A stretch of DNA of 34,200 nt from an uncultured Paraperlucidibaca sp. (GTDB lineage Bacteria > Pseudomonadota > Gammaproteobacteria > Pseudomonadales > Moraxellaceae), in assembly GCA_964022225.1 (NCBI GenBank), contig CAXIBK010000001.1:1-34200 (forward strand), given 5' to 3'. Shown here piece by piece: positions 26,629 to 34,200 of this stretch. A model generated the notes under the pieces. The model did no database searches, was not told the DNA's origin, and saw only the letters and a program-made list of their open reading frames with translations. The stretch's first letter is position 1; each line of letters begins with the position of its first letter. Made by a program: the position numbers and the translations under genes.

Positions 26629-27210
26629 TTATTGAGCGTTTGGTTCACCAACTATTTCCAGCACTTTCACAATCCGTGTCACGCCATCGAGCGCTTGTAA
26701 GCGTAAAATGGCGCGATCGGCTTGGCGCTGAGTCAGCGCGCCCATCAAATATACAGTGCCATTTTTGGCGACAACCTGAGTTTGCGAGCTAGGCACATTA
26801 TCGGCTGTGGCTAAGGTGAAGCCGGCCTTTCTTTCCAGCATGTCATCGCCTGCACGATCGAGTAGGCCACGATTTACAGCGACTTCTAGCTCATTGTGTA
26901 CCGCGCGTACGTCTTTATAGCTCTTCGCGATTTGTGTAATACGGTTTTTAATTTCGGCACTGGGTACTTCACCAACAATTAAAATAACCTGATAAAACGA
27001 TTCAACTTCAATGCGACCATCGCGTGCAGCTGGGATGTCTCGGAAAATATCGCGAAGTACGGCTTGCGATAAGCTTAAGTCGGTGAGTGAAAGTGCCGTG
27101 GTGCGAGTACCGGGCTCAGCAACGCTTGGCGCGACACCCATTTTGGCTAGTGTGGTGCAGCCAGAAAGTAGCGCGGTGCTAACAATGGCAGCAGTCAATG
27201 CGATTTTCAT
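26629..27210 (-). CDS. dolP: Dual BON-domain lipoprotein (YraP/DolP-like)
   Basis: Lipobox LLSGC; two BON units (LIVGEVP...VHNELEV and NGTVYLMG...GVTRIVKV); follows the SIS gene and yraN. Start taken at MKIAL. Confidence 0.82.
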   Translation of the reverse strand: MKIALTAAIVSTALLSGCTTLAKMGVAPSVAEPGTRTTALSLTDLSLSQAVLRDIFRDIPAARDGRIEVESFYQVILIVGEVPSAEIKNRITQIAKSYKDVRAVHNELEVAVNRGLLDRAGDDMLERKAGFTLATADNVPSSQTQVVAKNGTVYLMGALTQRQADRAILRLQALDGVTRIVKVLEIVGEPNAQ

Positions 27211-27214
27211 TGGT

Positions 27215-27811
27215 TTAATAAGCAAGGTCTGGATCTCCAAATAAGGCTGTGTCGATTAAGGCGCAGCAGCAGTGCAAAGTAAAGAGCTGTGCTTCATGTA
27301 CTCGGTAGCTGCGGTGGTCTGGGATTTGAATCAATACATCACGCTCGCTTAGCAGACGCGCAATTTCGCCACCACTAGCGCCGGTGAGTGCGACCACTGG
27401 GCAGCTTCGTTCTTGAGCAGCGTGAACTGCAGCAATGATGTTTGGGGCGGTAGCGCTAGCCGAAAGCACGACCAAGACATCGCCAGTTTGCGCGATGGCG
27501 AGAAATGGTCGCGAAAACGATTCTGTGAGGCGATTATCCTGCGCTAAAGCGCTTAGCGTGATGCTGTCTGGGGCTAATGCTAGTGCCGGTAGAGCGGGGC
27601 GCTCAGGATCGAAGCGGTTGAGTAGCTTACTGACAAAAACTTGCGCATTGGCACCTGAGGCGCCGTTGCCGCAGCTGACTATCTTGTGCCCATTAACCAA
27701 AGCTTCGACCATTACCATTGCTGCTTGCTCGATGGCGGGACTAGCTTCCTCAACGAGCTTGGCCAGTGTGCTCATGGCGTCGTGGCCGAGTTGGGCAATG
27801 CGTGCTTGCAT
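27215..27811 (-). CDS. diaA: SIS-domain protein, GmhA/DiaA family (DiaA-like, catalytically degenerate)
   Basis: CGNGAS, NRF.PERPALPALAL, GDVL, VVALTG.SGG; sits between yraN and dolP. Confidence 0.7.
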   Translation of the reverse strand: MQARIAQLGHDAMSTLAKLVEEASPAIEQAAMVMVEALVNGHKIVSCGNGASGANAQVFVSKLLNRFDPERPALPALALAPDSITLSALAQDNRLTESFSRPFLAIAQTGDVLVVLSASATAPNIIAAVHAAQERSCPVVALTGASGGEIARLLSERDVLIQIPDHRSYRVHEAQLFTLHCCCALIDTALFGDPDLAY

Positions 27812-27826
27812 GATTCATCCGTAAAG

Positions 27827-28225
27827 TTAAAACGCGCTAAATGCGCCGCGCAACCAAATGTGTTGCCAGTGCGGCGGTTTGCCATTAAACGCAATGACAT
27901 CAAATCGACTGCTGAAGGTAGCGTAGTGTGGGTTTTGGCGCAAAAAGAAAGCGGCAGTTTTGATCAGTTTGCTTCGTTTTTGCGCGTTTATCGTGGCAAT
28001 GGCACCGCCAAATTCAGTGCTACTGCGCCAGCGAACCTCCGTAAACACAAGCTTGCCGTAATGGTTAACGCTAATGATATCAATCTCGCCAGCCCGACAA
28101 AGGTAGTTTTGCGCAATGATGCGATGGCCGGCGCTAATAAGTAGCTCGCACGCCTCAGCCTCAGCTAGGCGGCCTTGTACTTGCGTTGGAGAGCCTGCTT
28201 TTAATGCGTTATGAGTTGATGGCAT
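27827..28225 (-). CDS. yraN: YraN family (UPF0102) PD-(D/E)XK protein
   Basis: G..AE..A, NY.CRAGEIDII, LVFTEVR.R, RFDVIAF, WLRGAF; ATG 28225 after GGAG. Confidence 0.93.
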   Translation of the reverse strand: MPSTHNALKAGSPTQVQGRLAEAEACELLISAGHRIIAQNYLCRAGEIDIISVNHYGKLVFTEVRWRSSTEFGGAIATINAQKRSKLIKTAAFFLRQNPHYATFSSRFDVIAFNGKPPHWQHIWLRGAFSAF

Positions 28226-28317
28226 GGATAACTCCTGGGCTTTAGCACTAGTTAAGACCATGGCGCATGCCCGTGCTGGCACGTAAGCTTAGTAATTAAT
28301 AAAAAGTGGACCTTGCG

Positions 28318-29178
28318 ATGAATAAAGTGAAAGCGGGCGTGTTGTATGTGGTGGCCACAGCTATTGGCGATAACGAGGATTTATCGCCACGTGCAAAGGC
28401 TACGCTGCAATCGGTGTCGATGATTGCCGCTGAAGACACGCGCGACGCTGGTCGTTTGCTGCGAGAGCTGGGCATCACCACGCCAACCACGGCAGTGCAC
28501 GATCACAATGAGGCTGAGCGTGTGCCCACGCTGATTGAGCGCATGCTTGCTGGCGAGTCGCTGGCGCTGATTTCCGATGCCGGCACGCCGTTGATTAGCG
28601 ATCCTGGCTATCGCGTGGTGGCCGCAGCGCATGAGGCGGGTATTCGGGTATCGCCAGTGCCGGGCGCGTGTGCGGCGATTGCCGCCTTGAGCGCTGCGGG
28701 TTTGGCGTCAGATCGATTTCATTTCGAAGGGTTTTTATCGGCGAAGGCCGGCCCTCGCGAATCACGATTGCAGGCTTTGGCGCAGGCACCGCATAGCCTC
28801 ATTTTTTACGAAGCTCCACATCGCATCATCGATACCTTAACGGCGATGACTAGTGCCTTTGGTGAGCAGCGTTTAGCAACCTTGGCGCGTGAGCTGACCA
28901 AAACCTTTGAGACGATCAAGCGTGCGCCATTGGCTGAGTTATTGGCTTGGGTTGAGGTCGACAGTAATCAGCAGCGGGGAGAAATGGTTATTGTTGTGGC
29001 CGGCGCGCCAGCACTGGCGGTAAATGATCAGCGCAGTATCACGGCCGAGGCTTTGTTAGCGGTATTGGTGCGAGAGCTGCCGGTAAAACAGGCGGCAGTC
29101 ATTGCAGCAGAGGTTTTAGGGCTGCGCAAAAATGCCTTGTATGAGTTGGCGCAGCAGTTGCGTGAGGTGGCGCGGTAG
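28318..29178 (+). CDS. rsmI: 16S rRNA C1402 2'-O-methyltransferase
   Basis: LYVVATAIG, AAEDTR, SDAGTPLISDPG, FEGFL, FYEAPHR, RELTKTFE. Confidence 0.97.
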   Translation: MNKVKAGVLYVVATAIGDNEDLSPRAKATLQSVSMIAAEDTRDAGRLLRELGITTPTTAVHDHNEAERVPTLIERMLAGESLALISDAGTPLISDPGYRVVAAAHEAGIRVSPVPGACAAIAALSAAGLASDRFHFEGFLSAKAGPRESRLQALAQAPHSLIFYEAPHRIIDTLTAMTSAFGEQRLATLARELTKTFETIKRAPLAELLAWVEVDSNQQRGEMVIVVAGAPALAVNDQRSITAEALLAVLVRELPVKQAAVIAAEVLGLRKNALYELAQQLREVAR

Positions 29179-29208
29179 TTGATGTCAGTAAATGCTGAGC
29201 GATGCGCC

Positions 29209-29237
29209 TTGAGTTAGTGCCCCTGCCACCGTATGCT
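29209..29237 (+). promoter_or_regulatory. rnpB promoter with GC-rich discriminator
   Basis: TTGAGT, 17 bp, TATGCT, then GCGCGCC immediately before the RNA 5' end. Confidence 0.7.
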
Positions 29238-29243
29238 GCGCGC

Positions 29244-29595
<352 letters not shown>

Positions 29596-29671
29596 ACCTA
29601 ATTATGTGAGCTGAGCTTGAGATGTGTTGTAGCCTCTATAATGCTCGGTGGCCTTAAAAGTGAGATAGAAA

Positions 29672-30058
29672 ATGAAAAGTAAGCTAGAGATATATGCGCT
29701 TTCGGTCTGTTTCGTCGCCGTATTTTGTATGGTCATTTCAGCGGGTATTGCGGGCTACGCTGTGTTCACAGTAGTAACGCCTGAGTTAACGCTAAACGAA
29801 AACACTTATTCCAATCATCAGACAAATGATGCTTATTGGCGTAGCCAGCCATCATATTCAAGCGATGGTAAGCAGGAAGCTAGACCCAGTGCAGAGAAAC
29901 TCACTCAGCAGCGGCAAGAGTCGCTTGCGATTGCCATTAACGGCGAGCGGCGTAGTGGCTTTCAGACTCTGCTGCAATGCTTTATGTTTTTGCTCATTGC
30001 AGGGCTGACATTGTTGATTCACTGGCGCGTGGCTCGAGGCGCTAGATCTACGAGCTAA
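29672..30058 (+). CDS. Hypothetical two-TM membrane protein (possibly DUF5671-like)
   Basis: N-terminal hydrophobic helix, polar loop, C-terminal helix ending LLIHWR; perfect TATAAT at 29637-29642. Confidence 0.75.
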   Translation: MKSKLEIYALSVCFVAVFCMVISAGIAGYAVFTVVTPELTLNENTYSNHQTNDAYWRSQPSYSSDGKQEARPSAEKLTQQRQESLAIAINGERRSGFQTLLQCFMFLLIAGLTLLIHWRVARGARSTS

Positions 30059-30270
30059 TGTTGATCTGCCAAACTCTTGTCTAAGCTTTGCATAACTAAT
30101 TCATATATAACTATAAATTCTAAAGTCGGCAGGATGCTCGTATTGGCATGAGGAAGCATATATAAGTCATTGTTTTTCTTCTATTCAATGACAATGTTGA
30201 TTCTGCGCATTAAATCTAAGTCATTGTTATTAAATACCTAAATTATACATATAACCGACCGAGACTGTCC

Positions 30271-30343
30271 TTGACGCTTAGCGGTCGCATCCCTATATTG
30301 CCAACAGAGTGGGGAAAAGTGTGACTTTGTGGTTTTTATTGGA
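30271..30343 (+). promoter_or_regulatory. dcw promoter and MraZ-binding repeats
   Basis: TTGACG (30271-76), 17 bp, TATATT (30294-99). Then GTGGG/GTGTG/GTGGT/TTGGA at 30309, 30319, 30329, 30339 (10-bp period), matching known MraZ operators. Confidence 0.85.
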
Positions 30344-30372
30344 TTTATCACCCACTCGGGAAGGCTAATCGA

Positions 30373-30828
30373 ATGTTTCGCGGCTACGACGAACTCAACA
30401 TGGACGCCAAAGGGCGCATCGGCTTGCCGACGCGTTACCATGAGCGCGTTATGGCTGAGTGTCAGGGAAGATTCGTCCTGACCGTCGATATTCGTGAAAG
30501 ATGCTTGGTGCTGTATCCATTGCCTGAGTGGGAGATCATTGAGGCGCGGTTGGATGCACTGCCGAGCTCTAGTGCTCCACTGGCCATGCTCAAGCGCCGC
30601 TTAATGGGCTACGCAACAGAAATTAACCTCGATAGCGCGGGGCGTTTTTTGGTTAGCCCTGAGCTGCGCAAATTTGCACTATTTGAAAAAGCCGTAGTGC
30701 TTGCCGGTCAAGGCAAGAAATGTGAAATCTGGCATAAACCAACCTGGGATGCGCTTCAAGCTGAGCTACTCAATGCCGACTTCTCGGCCGCTGAGCTTGC
30801 GCAAGCCATTGATACTTTGGCGCTATAA
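30373..30828 (+). CDS. mraZ: Division/cell wall cluster repressor MraZ
   Basis: MFRG...DAKGR..LP, CLVLYP..EW, DSAGR, L.GQGKK.EIW. Confidence 0.97.
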   Translation: MFRGYDELNMDAKGRIGLPTRYHERVMAECQGRFVLTVDIRERCLVLYPLPEWEIIEARLDALPSSSAPLAMLKRRLMGYATEINLDSAGRFLVSPELRKFALFEKAVVLAGQGKKCEIWHKPTWDALQAELLNADFSAAELAQAIDTLAL

Positions 30829-30830
30829 CC

Positions 30831-31775
30831 ATGAATGCCTTGGTTCACCTCACTGTCCTACTCAATGAGACCGTCGCTGCCGTCTTGGGCAAGCCTGATG
30901 GTGTCTATGTGGATGCGACGTTTGGTCGAGGCGGGCATACGCGTCATCTTTTGGCGCAACTTGGTTCAGGCGCGCGCGTCATTGGTTTTGATAAAGACCC
31001 GCAAGCGATCGCCAGCGGTGAAGCATTAATGCGTGAAGATTCGCGCTTTGAAATCATCCATGACTCTTTTTCTAGCTTGCTGCCGGCATTGGAGGCGAGT
31101 GGTTTGTTGGGGCAAGTTGATGGTCTGCTGGCGGACTTAGGCGTGTCATCCCCACAGATTGATGACGCTGAGCGCGGCTTTAGCTTTATGAATGACGGTC
31201 CGTTGGATATGCGGATGGATACCACGCGCGGTCTAAGTGCGGCGCAATGGCTGCTGCAAGTTTCCGAAGCTGAACTCACCGATGTCTTTAAAACCTATGG
31301 CGAAGAGCGCCATGCCCGCCGTATTGCTCGCGCAGTATTGGCTGAGCAGGCAGTAACACCGATTACGCGAACTAAAGTATTGGCTGATGTGATTGCTAAA
31401 GCGCATCCATCGTGGGAGCGCCATAAGCATCCAGCGACGCGATGCTTCCAGGCTATTCGCATTGCCGTAAATCGTGAGCTTGGCGATTTAGAGGACTTAT
31501 TGGCACAAAGTCTGCAGGCATTAAGTGTTGGCGGTCGTTTGGCGGTGATTAGCTTTCATTCGCTTGAAGATCGCTTGGTGAAGCAGTTTATTGCGTGTGA
31601 GGCTAAGGGCGATGATTTTCCGCCGGGCCTGCCAGTGACTACTTGGCAAATGAATCCGCAGCTAAAGAAGATTGGCAAAGCCATTGAGCCGAGTGCTGCT
31701 GAGGTTGATGCTAATCCGCGTGCACGTAGTGCGCATTTGCGCGTGGCTGAGCGCTTAGCGAGCGTGCAAAAATGA
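30831..31775 (+). CDS. rsmH: 16S rRNA m4C1402 methyltransferase
   Basis: DATFGRGGH, DLGVSSPQ, RGFSF..DGPLDMRMD, FQAIRIAVN.EL, ISFHSLEDR, NPRARSA.LR. Confidence 0.98.
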   Translation: MNALVHLTVLLNETVAAVLGKPDGVYVDATFGRGGHTRHLLAQLGSGARVIGFDKDPQAIASGEALMREDSRFEIIHDSFSSLLPALEASGLLGQVDGLLADLGVSSPQIDDAERGFSFMNDGPLDMRMDTTRGLSAAQWLLQVSEAELTDVFKTYGEERHARRIARAVLAEQAVTPITRTKVLADVIAKAHPSWERHKHPATRCFQAIRIAVNRELGDLEDLLAQSLQALSVGGRLAVISFHSLEDRLVKQFIACEAKGDDFPPGLPVTTWQMNPQLKKIGKAIEPSAAEVDANPRARSAHLRVAERLASVQK

Positions 31776-32083
31776 GCTGGGCGGCGCGTTTGAGTGGCCT
31801 GCGCCTAAGCTTGATGCAGCCTATTCTTTGGCAAAACGCCTGCGTCATCGTGGTGTTGGTATCGACATCAATAGCGGTGGCTTTCAGCGTGCATAAGTCG
31901 CGTCTTTATCTGGCAGACCTGCAAGCATTGCAGGCTGAGCGCGATCAGCTAGAAGTGGAGTGGGGCCAACTTCTGCTAGAGCAGCAAGCATGGGGTGCTT
32001 ACGGTCGTATTGGTAAGGTTGCGGTTGATGAGCTTGGTATGCGCTCGCCGGCGCCACATGACGTCATGATGGTGCGGCCATGA
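31772..32083 (+). CDS. ftsL: Cell division protein FtsL
   Basis: Single TM then coiled coil with EWGQLLLEQ and LGM..P; between rsmH and ftsI. Confidence 0.93.
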   Translation: MSWAARLSGLRLSLMQPILWQNACVIVVLVSTSIAVAFSVHKSRLYLADLQALQAERDQLEVEWGQLLLEQQAWGAYGRIGKVAVDELGMRSPAPHDVMMVRP

Positions 32084-33864
32084 ATCAGCGCAATAGCCCA
32101 CCAAACCAGCGCGTTAATTCACGCGCTAAAGCAAAGCCCATTGCGAGCGATCACGGTGGGCTTAAGTATGTTGGGCGCCACCGCTTTGTGTTGTTTATCC
32201 TCGCTATTTTATTTGGCGGAATTACCCTTCGAGCTGGTTATTTGACTGTCGTCGATAGCGACTTTTTACGTGCTCAAGGTGACGCTCGAATGATGCGTAC
32301 TGAGCCTATCATGGCTATGCGCGGTGTTATTCGTGATCGCAATAATACGCCGTTGGCGGTGAGCACGCCGGTCACGACTTTGTGGCTGAACCCGCGTCAG
32401 GCCATTGCTGCCAAGCTTGATGTGGTCGCACTGGCGAAAGCATTGAAGTTGTCGGCCTCAGATTTGCAGAGAAAAATTAAGCGCCATCGCGAGAAAAGCT
32501 TTATTTATTTAGTGCGTCATATGGCACCAAATGATGCAGAAGAGGTGTTGGCCAAAGACTTTGCTGGTGTGTATTCGATGACCGAGTACAAGCGCTTCTA
32601 CCCTGAAGCCGAAGCCACAGCGCATATGCTTGGTTTTACCGGTACAGATGACCATGGCCGTGAAGGCCTTGAGCTGGCTTTTGATAAGAAGCTTGCTGGC
32701 GTTGAAGGTAGCAAGCGAGTAATGAAAGACTTGAAAGGTCATCGCGTGCAAGACGTGGCTCTACTAAAGCCAGCACGCCCAGGCCAAGATGTCATCTTGA
32801 GCTTTGATTCGCGCGTACAGTATTCGGCATATCGCGAATTGGCCCGAGGCGTGGCCGAGCACAATGCCGTGGCTGGTGTCTTGGTGTCGCTAGATGTAGA
32901 CACTGGCGAGGTTTTGGCAATGGCCAGCGTGCCATCATTTAATCCAAATAATCGCAGCACGCTTGATATTGACGCCGTGCGTAATCGCGCGGTCACCGAT
33001 ATGTTTGAGCCAGGCTCCACGTTAAAGCCATTTACTTTAGTGGCGGCATTGGAGAGCGGAAAATTCACCACTAGCAGTCATTTTGATACCGCGCCCGGTA
33101 CCTATCGCGTGCTCAATAAGGTTGTGCGTGATCACAGCAATTACGGCGTTATTGATATGCAAACGGTGCTAACCAAGTCTAGCAACGTTGCGACTGCCCA
33201 GATTGCCATGGCCTTGCCGCGCGATACCTTGCCATTACTGCATCAGCACTTAGGTTTTGGTAGTACCACTGGCAGTGGTTTTCCTGGCGAAAGTGCCGGT
33301 ATTTTGCAGCCGCCAAATCGCTGGAACCCCGTTGAAGTTGCCACCATGTCTTATGGCTATGGTGTGACGGTGACTGCGCTGCAATTAGCTCAGGCTTACG
33401 CCACGATTGCCAGTGGCGGCATCCAGCGGCCAGTGAGTTTTGTCAAAGTGGATGGCCCGGTTGAAGGTCATCGAGTGATTCCAGAAGCCATCGCTAAAAG
33501 CTTGATCCCTATGATGGAAACTGTGGTTACGCAAGAGGGTACGGCGCTACGTGCTGCTGTGCCGGGCTATCGCGTCGCAGGCAAAACAGGCACCGCTCAT
33601 AAGGCAAAGGGCGGCGGCTATTCGAGCGATCAATACATGTCCTTGTTTGTCGGCATGGCCCCGGCTAGTAACCCTAAAATTGTGACCGCAGTGATCATCG
33701 ACACGCCTCGCAAGGGCGGCTATTACGGCGGCTTGGCGGCAGCACCCGTGTTTTCACGCAGCATGGCTGACGCCTTACGCTTGATGAATGTCGAGCCAGA
33801 TCGCAGCAGCGAGCGCTTGGCTGGTCAGGCGCGCTTACCTTATCGCCCTGCGGCAGGAGGCTGA
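32080..33864 (+). CDS. ftsI: Peptidoglycan transpeptidase PBP3
   Basis: RG.I.DRN, R.YP, G.EGLE, SxxK motif EPGSTLKP, SSN, KTGT. Confidence 0.97.
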   Translation: MNQRNSPPNQRVNSRAKAKPIASDHGGLKYVGRHRFVLFILAILFGGITLRAGYLTVVDSDFLRAQGDARMMRTEPIMAMRGVIRDRNNTPLAVSTPVTTLWLNPRQAIAAKLDVVALAKALKLSASDLQRKIKRHREKSFIYLVRHMAPNDAEEVLAKDFAGVYSMTEYKRFYPEAEATAHMLGFTGTDDHGREGLELAFDKKLAGVEGSKRVMKDLKGHRVQDVALLKPARPGQDVILSFDSRVQYSAYRELARGVAEHNAVAGVLVSLDVDTGEVLAMASVPSFNPNNRSTLDIDAVRNRAVTDMFEPGSTLKPFTLVAALESGKFTTSSHFDTAPGTYRVLNKVVRDHSNYGVIDMQTVLTKSSNVATAQIAMALPRDTLPLLHQHLGFGSTTGSGFPGESAGILQPPNRWNPVEVATMSYGYGVTVTALQLAQAYATIASGGIQRPVSFVKVDGPVEGHRVIPEAIAKSLIPMMETVVTQEGTALRAAVPGYRVAGKTGTAHKAKGGGYSSDQYMSLFVGMAPASNPKIVTAVIIDTPRKGGYYGGLAAAPVFSRSMADALRLMNVEPDRSSERLAGQARLPYRPAAGG

Positions 33865-33865
33865 G

Positions 33866-34200
33866 ATGATGACGCTCGGTGACTTACTGCCCAGCTGCCC
33901 AAATCAATGGCAATCACTTGCTATTGAGTCACTAGTTGCCGACTCGCGCCAAGTTACCGCGGGTGCCTGCTTTATTGCTGTTGCCGGTACGCATTACAAC
34001 GCGCATGAGCATATTCCTGCTGCAATTGAGGCTGGCGCAGTGGTGGTTTTGACGGAGGCTGATAGCCATTTCACTCTTAACACAGTGATCAGTCATGTGC
34101 CGGTATTAGCCGTGCCAGGACTAGGCGACATGCTTGGGTTATTGGCAGCACGTTGGTATGGCCAGCCTTCGCAGGCCATGACTGTGCTTGCCACTACTGG
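33866..34200 (+). CDS. murE: UDP-MurNAc-tripeptide ligase, 5' part (runs off the window)
   Basis: ATG 33866 after AGGAGG; MMTLGDLL...DSRQV..G.CFIAV.G...ARWYGQPSQAMTVLATTG, reaching the start of the ATP-binding motif. Confidence 0.9.
   Translation, partial: MMTLGDLLPSCPNQWQSLAIESLVADSRQVTAGACFIAVAGTHYNAHEHIPAAIEAGAVVVLTEADSHFTLNTVISHVPVLAVPGLGDMLGLLAARWYGQPSQAMTVLATT

Noticed and set aside
27827-28225. YraN as a standalone restriction or defence nuclease
   Set aside because: It sits in its standard conserved housekeeping neighbourhood.
30309-30343. 10-bp periodic GTGG repeats as a novel element or mini-CRISPR
   Set aside because: Explained by the known MraZ operator; no spacers or cas genes.

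Overview
Chromosomal window of a gammaproteobacterium. Gene order and the compact cytochrome c1 ending LNKEFWKDVK suggest Moraxellaceae or a related Pseudomonadales-like lineage (inference). Both flanks are conserved core: hisG(3' end)-hisD-hisC, degS/algW, a Nif3/YbgI gene and pdxH on the left; acnB, zapG, zapE, rplM-rpsI, petABC, sspAB, dolP-diaA/gmhA-yraN, rsmI, RNase P RNA and the start of the dcw cluster (mraZ-rsmH-ftsL-ftsI-murE) on the right. Between about 5.1 and 16.4 kb lies an accessory-looking block skewed toward lipid and redox functions. It holds two diverged paralogs of an uncharacterised ~345-aa helical protein, a PhaC-like alpha/beta hydrolase with Ser in place of the synthase Cys, a tandem GST-N/glutaredoxin protein (CPYC plus SPYS), DUF2058, LpxO, an epoxide-hydrolase-like enzyme, a Baeyer-Villiger monooxygenase and a nitroreductase. 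The best candidate for an undescribed system is the helical-paralog pair with the Ser-PhaC, possibly a storage-lipid or lipid-body module; this is a hypothesis only. Other oddities are an in-frame TAA in the Nif3 gene, a perfect 13-bp hairpin inside the ClpX-binding tail codons of sspB, a catalytically degenerate GmhA/DiaA, and no lpoA at its usual site. No mobile elements, CRISPR arrays, tRNA or rRNA were seen. All calls come from motif recognition and synteny; no database search was run.
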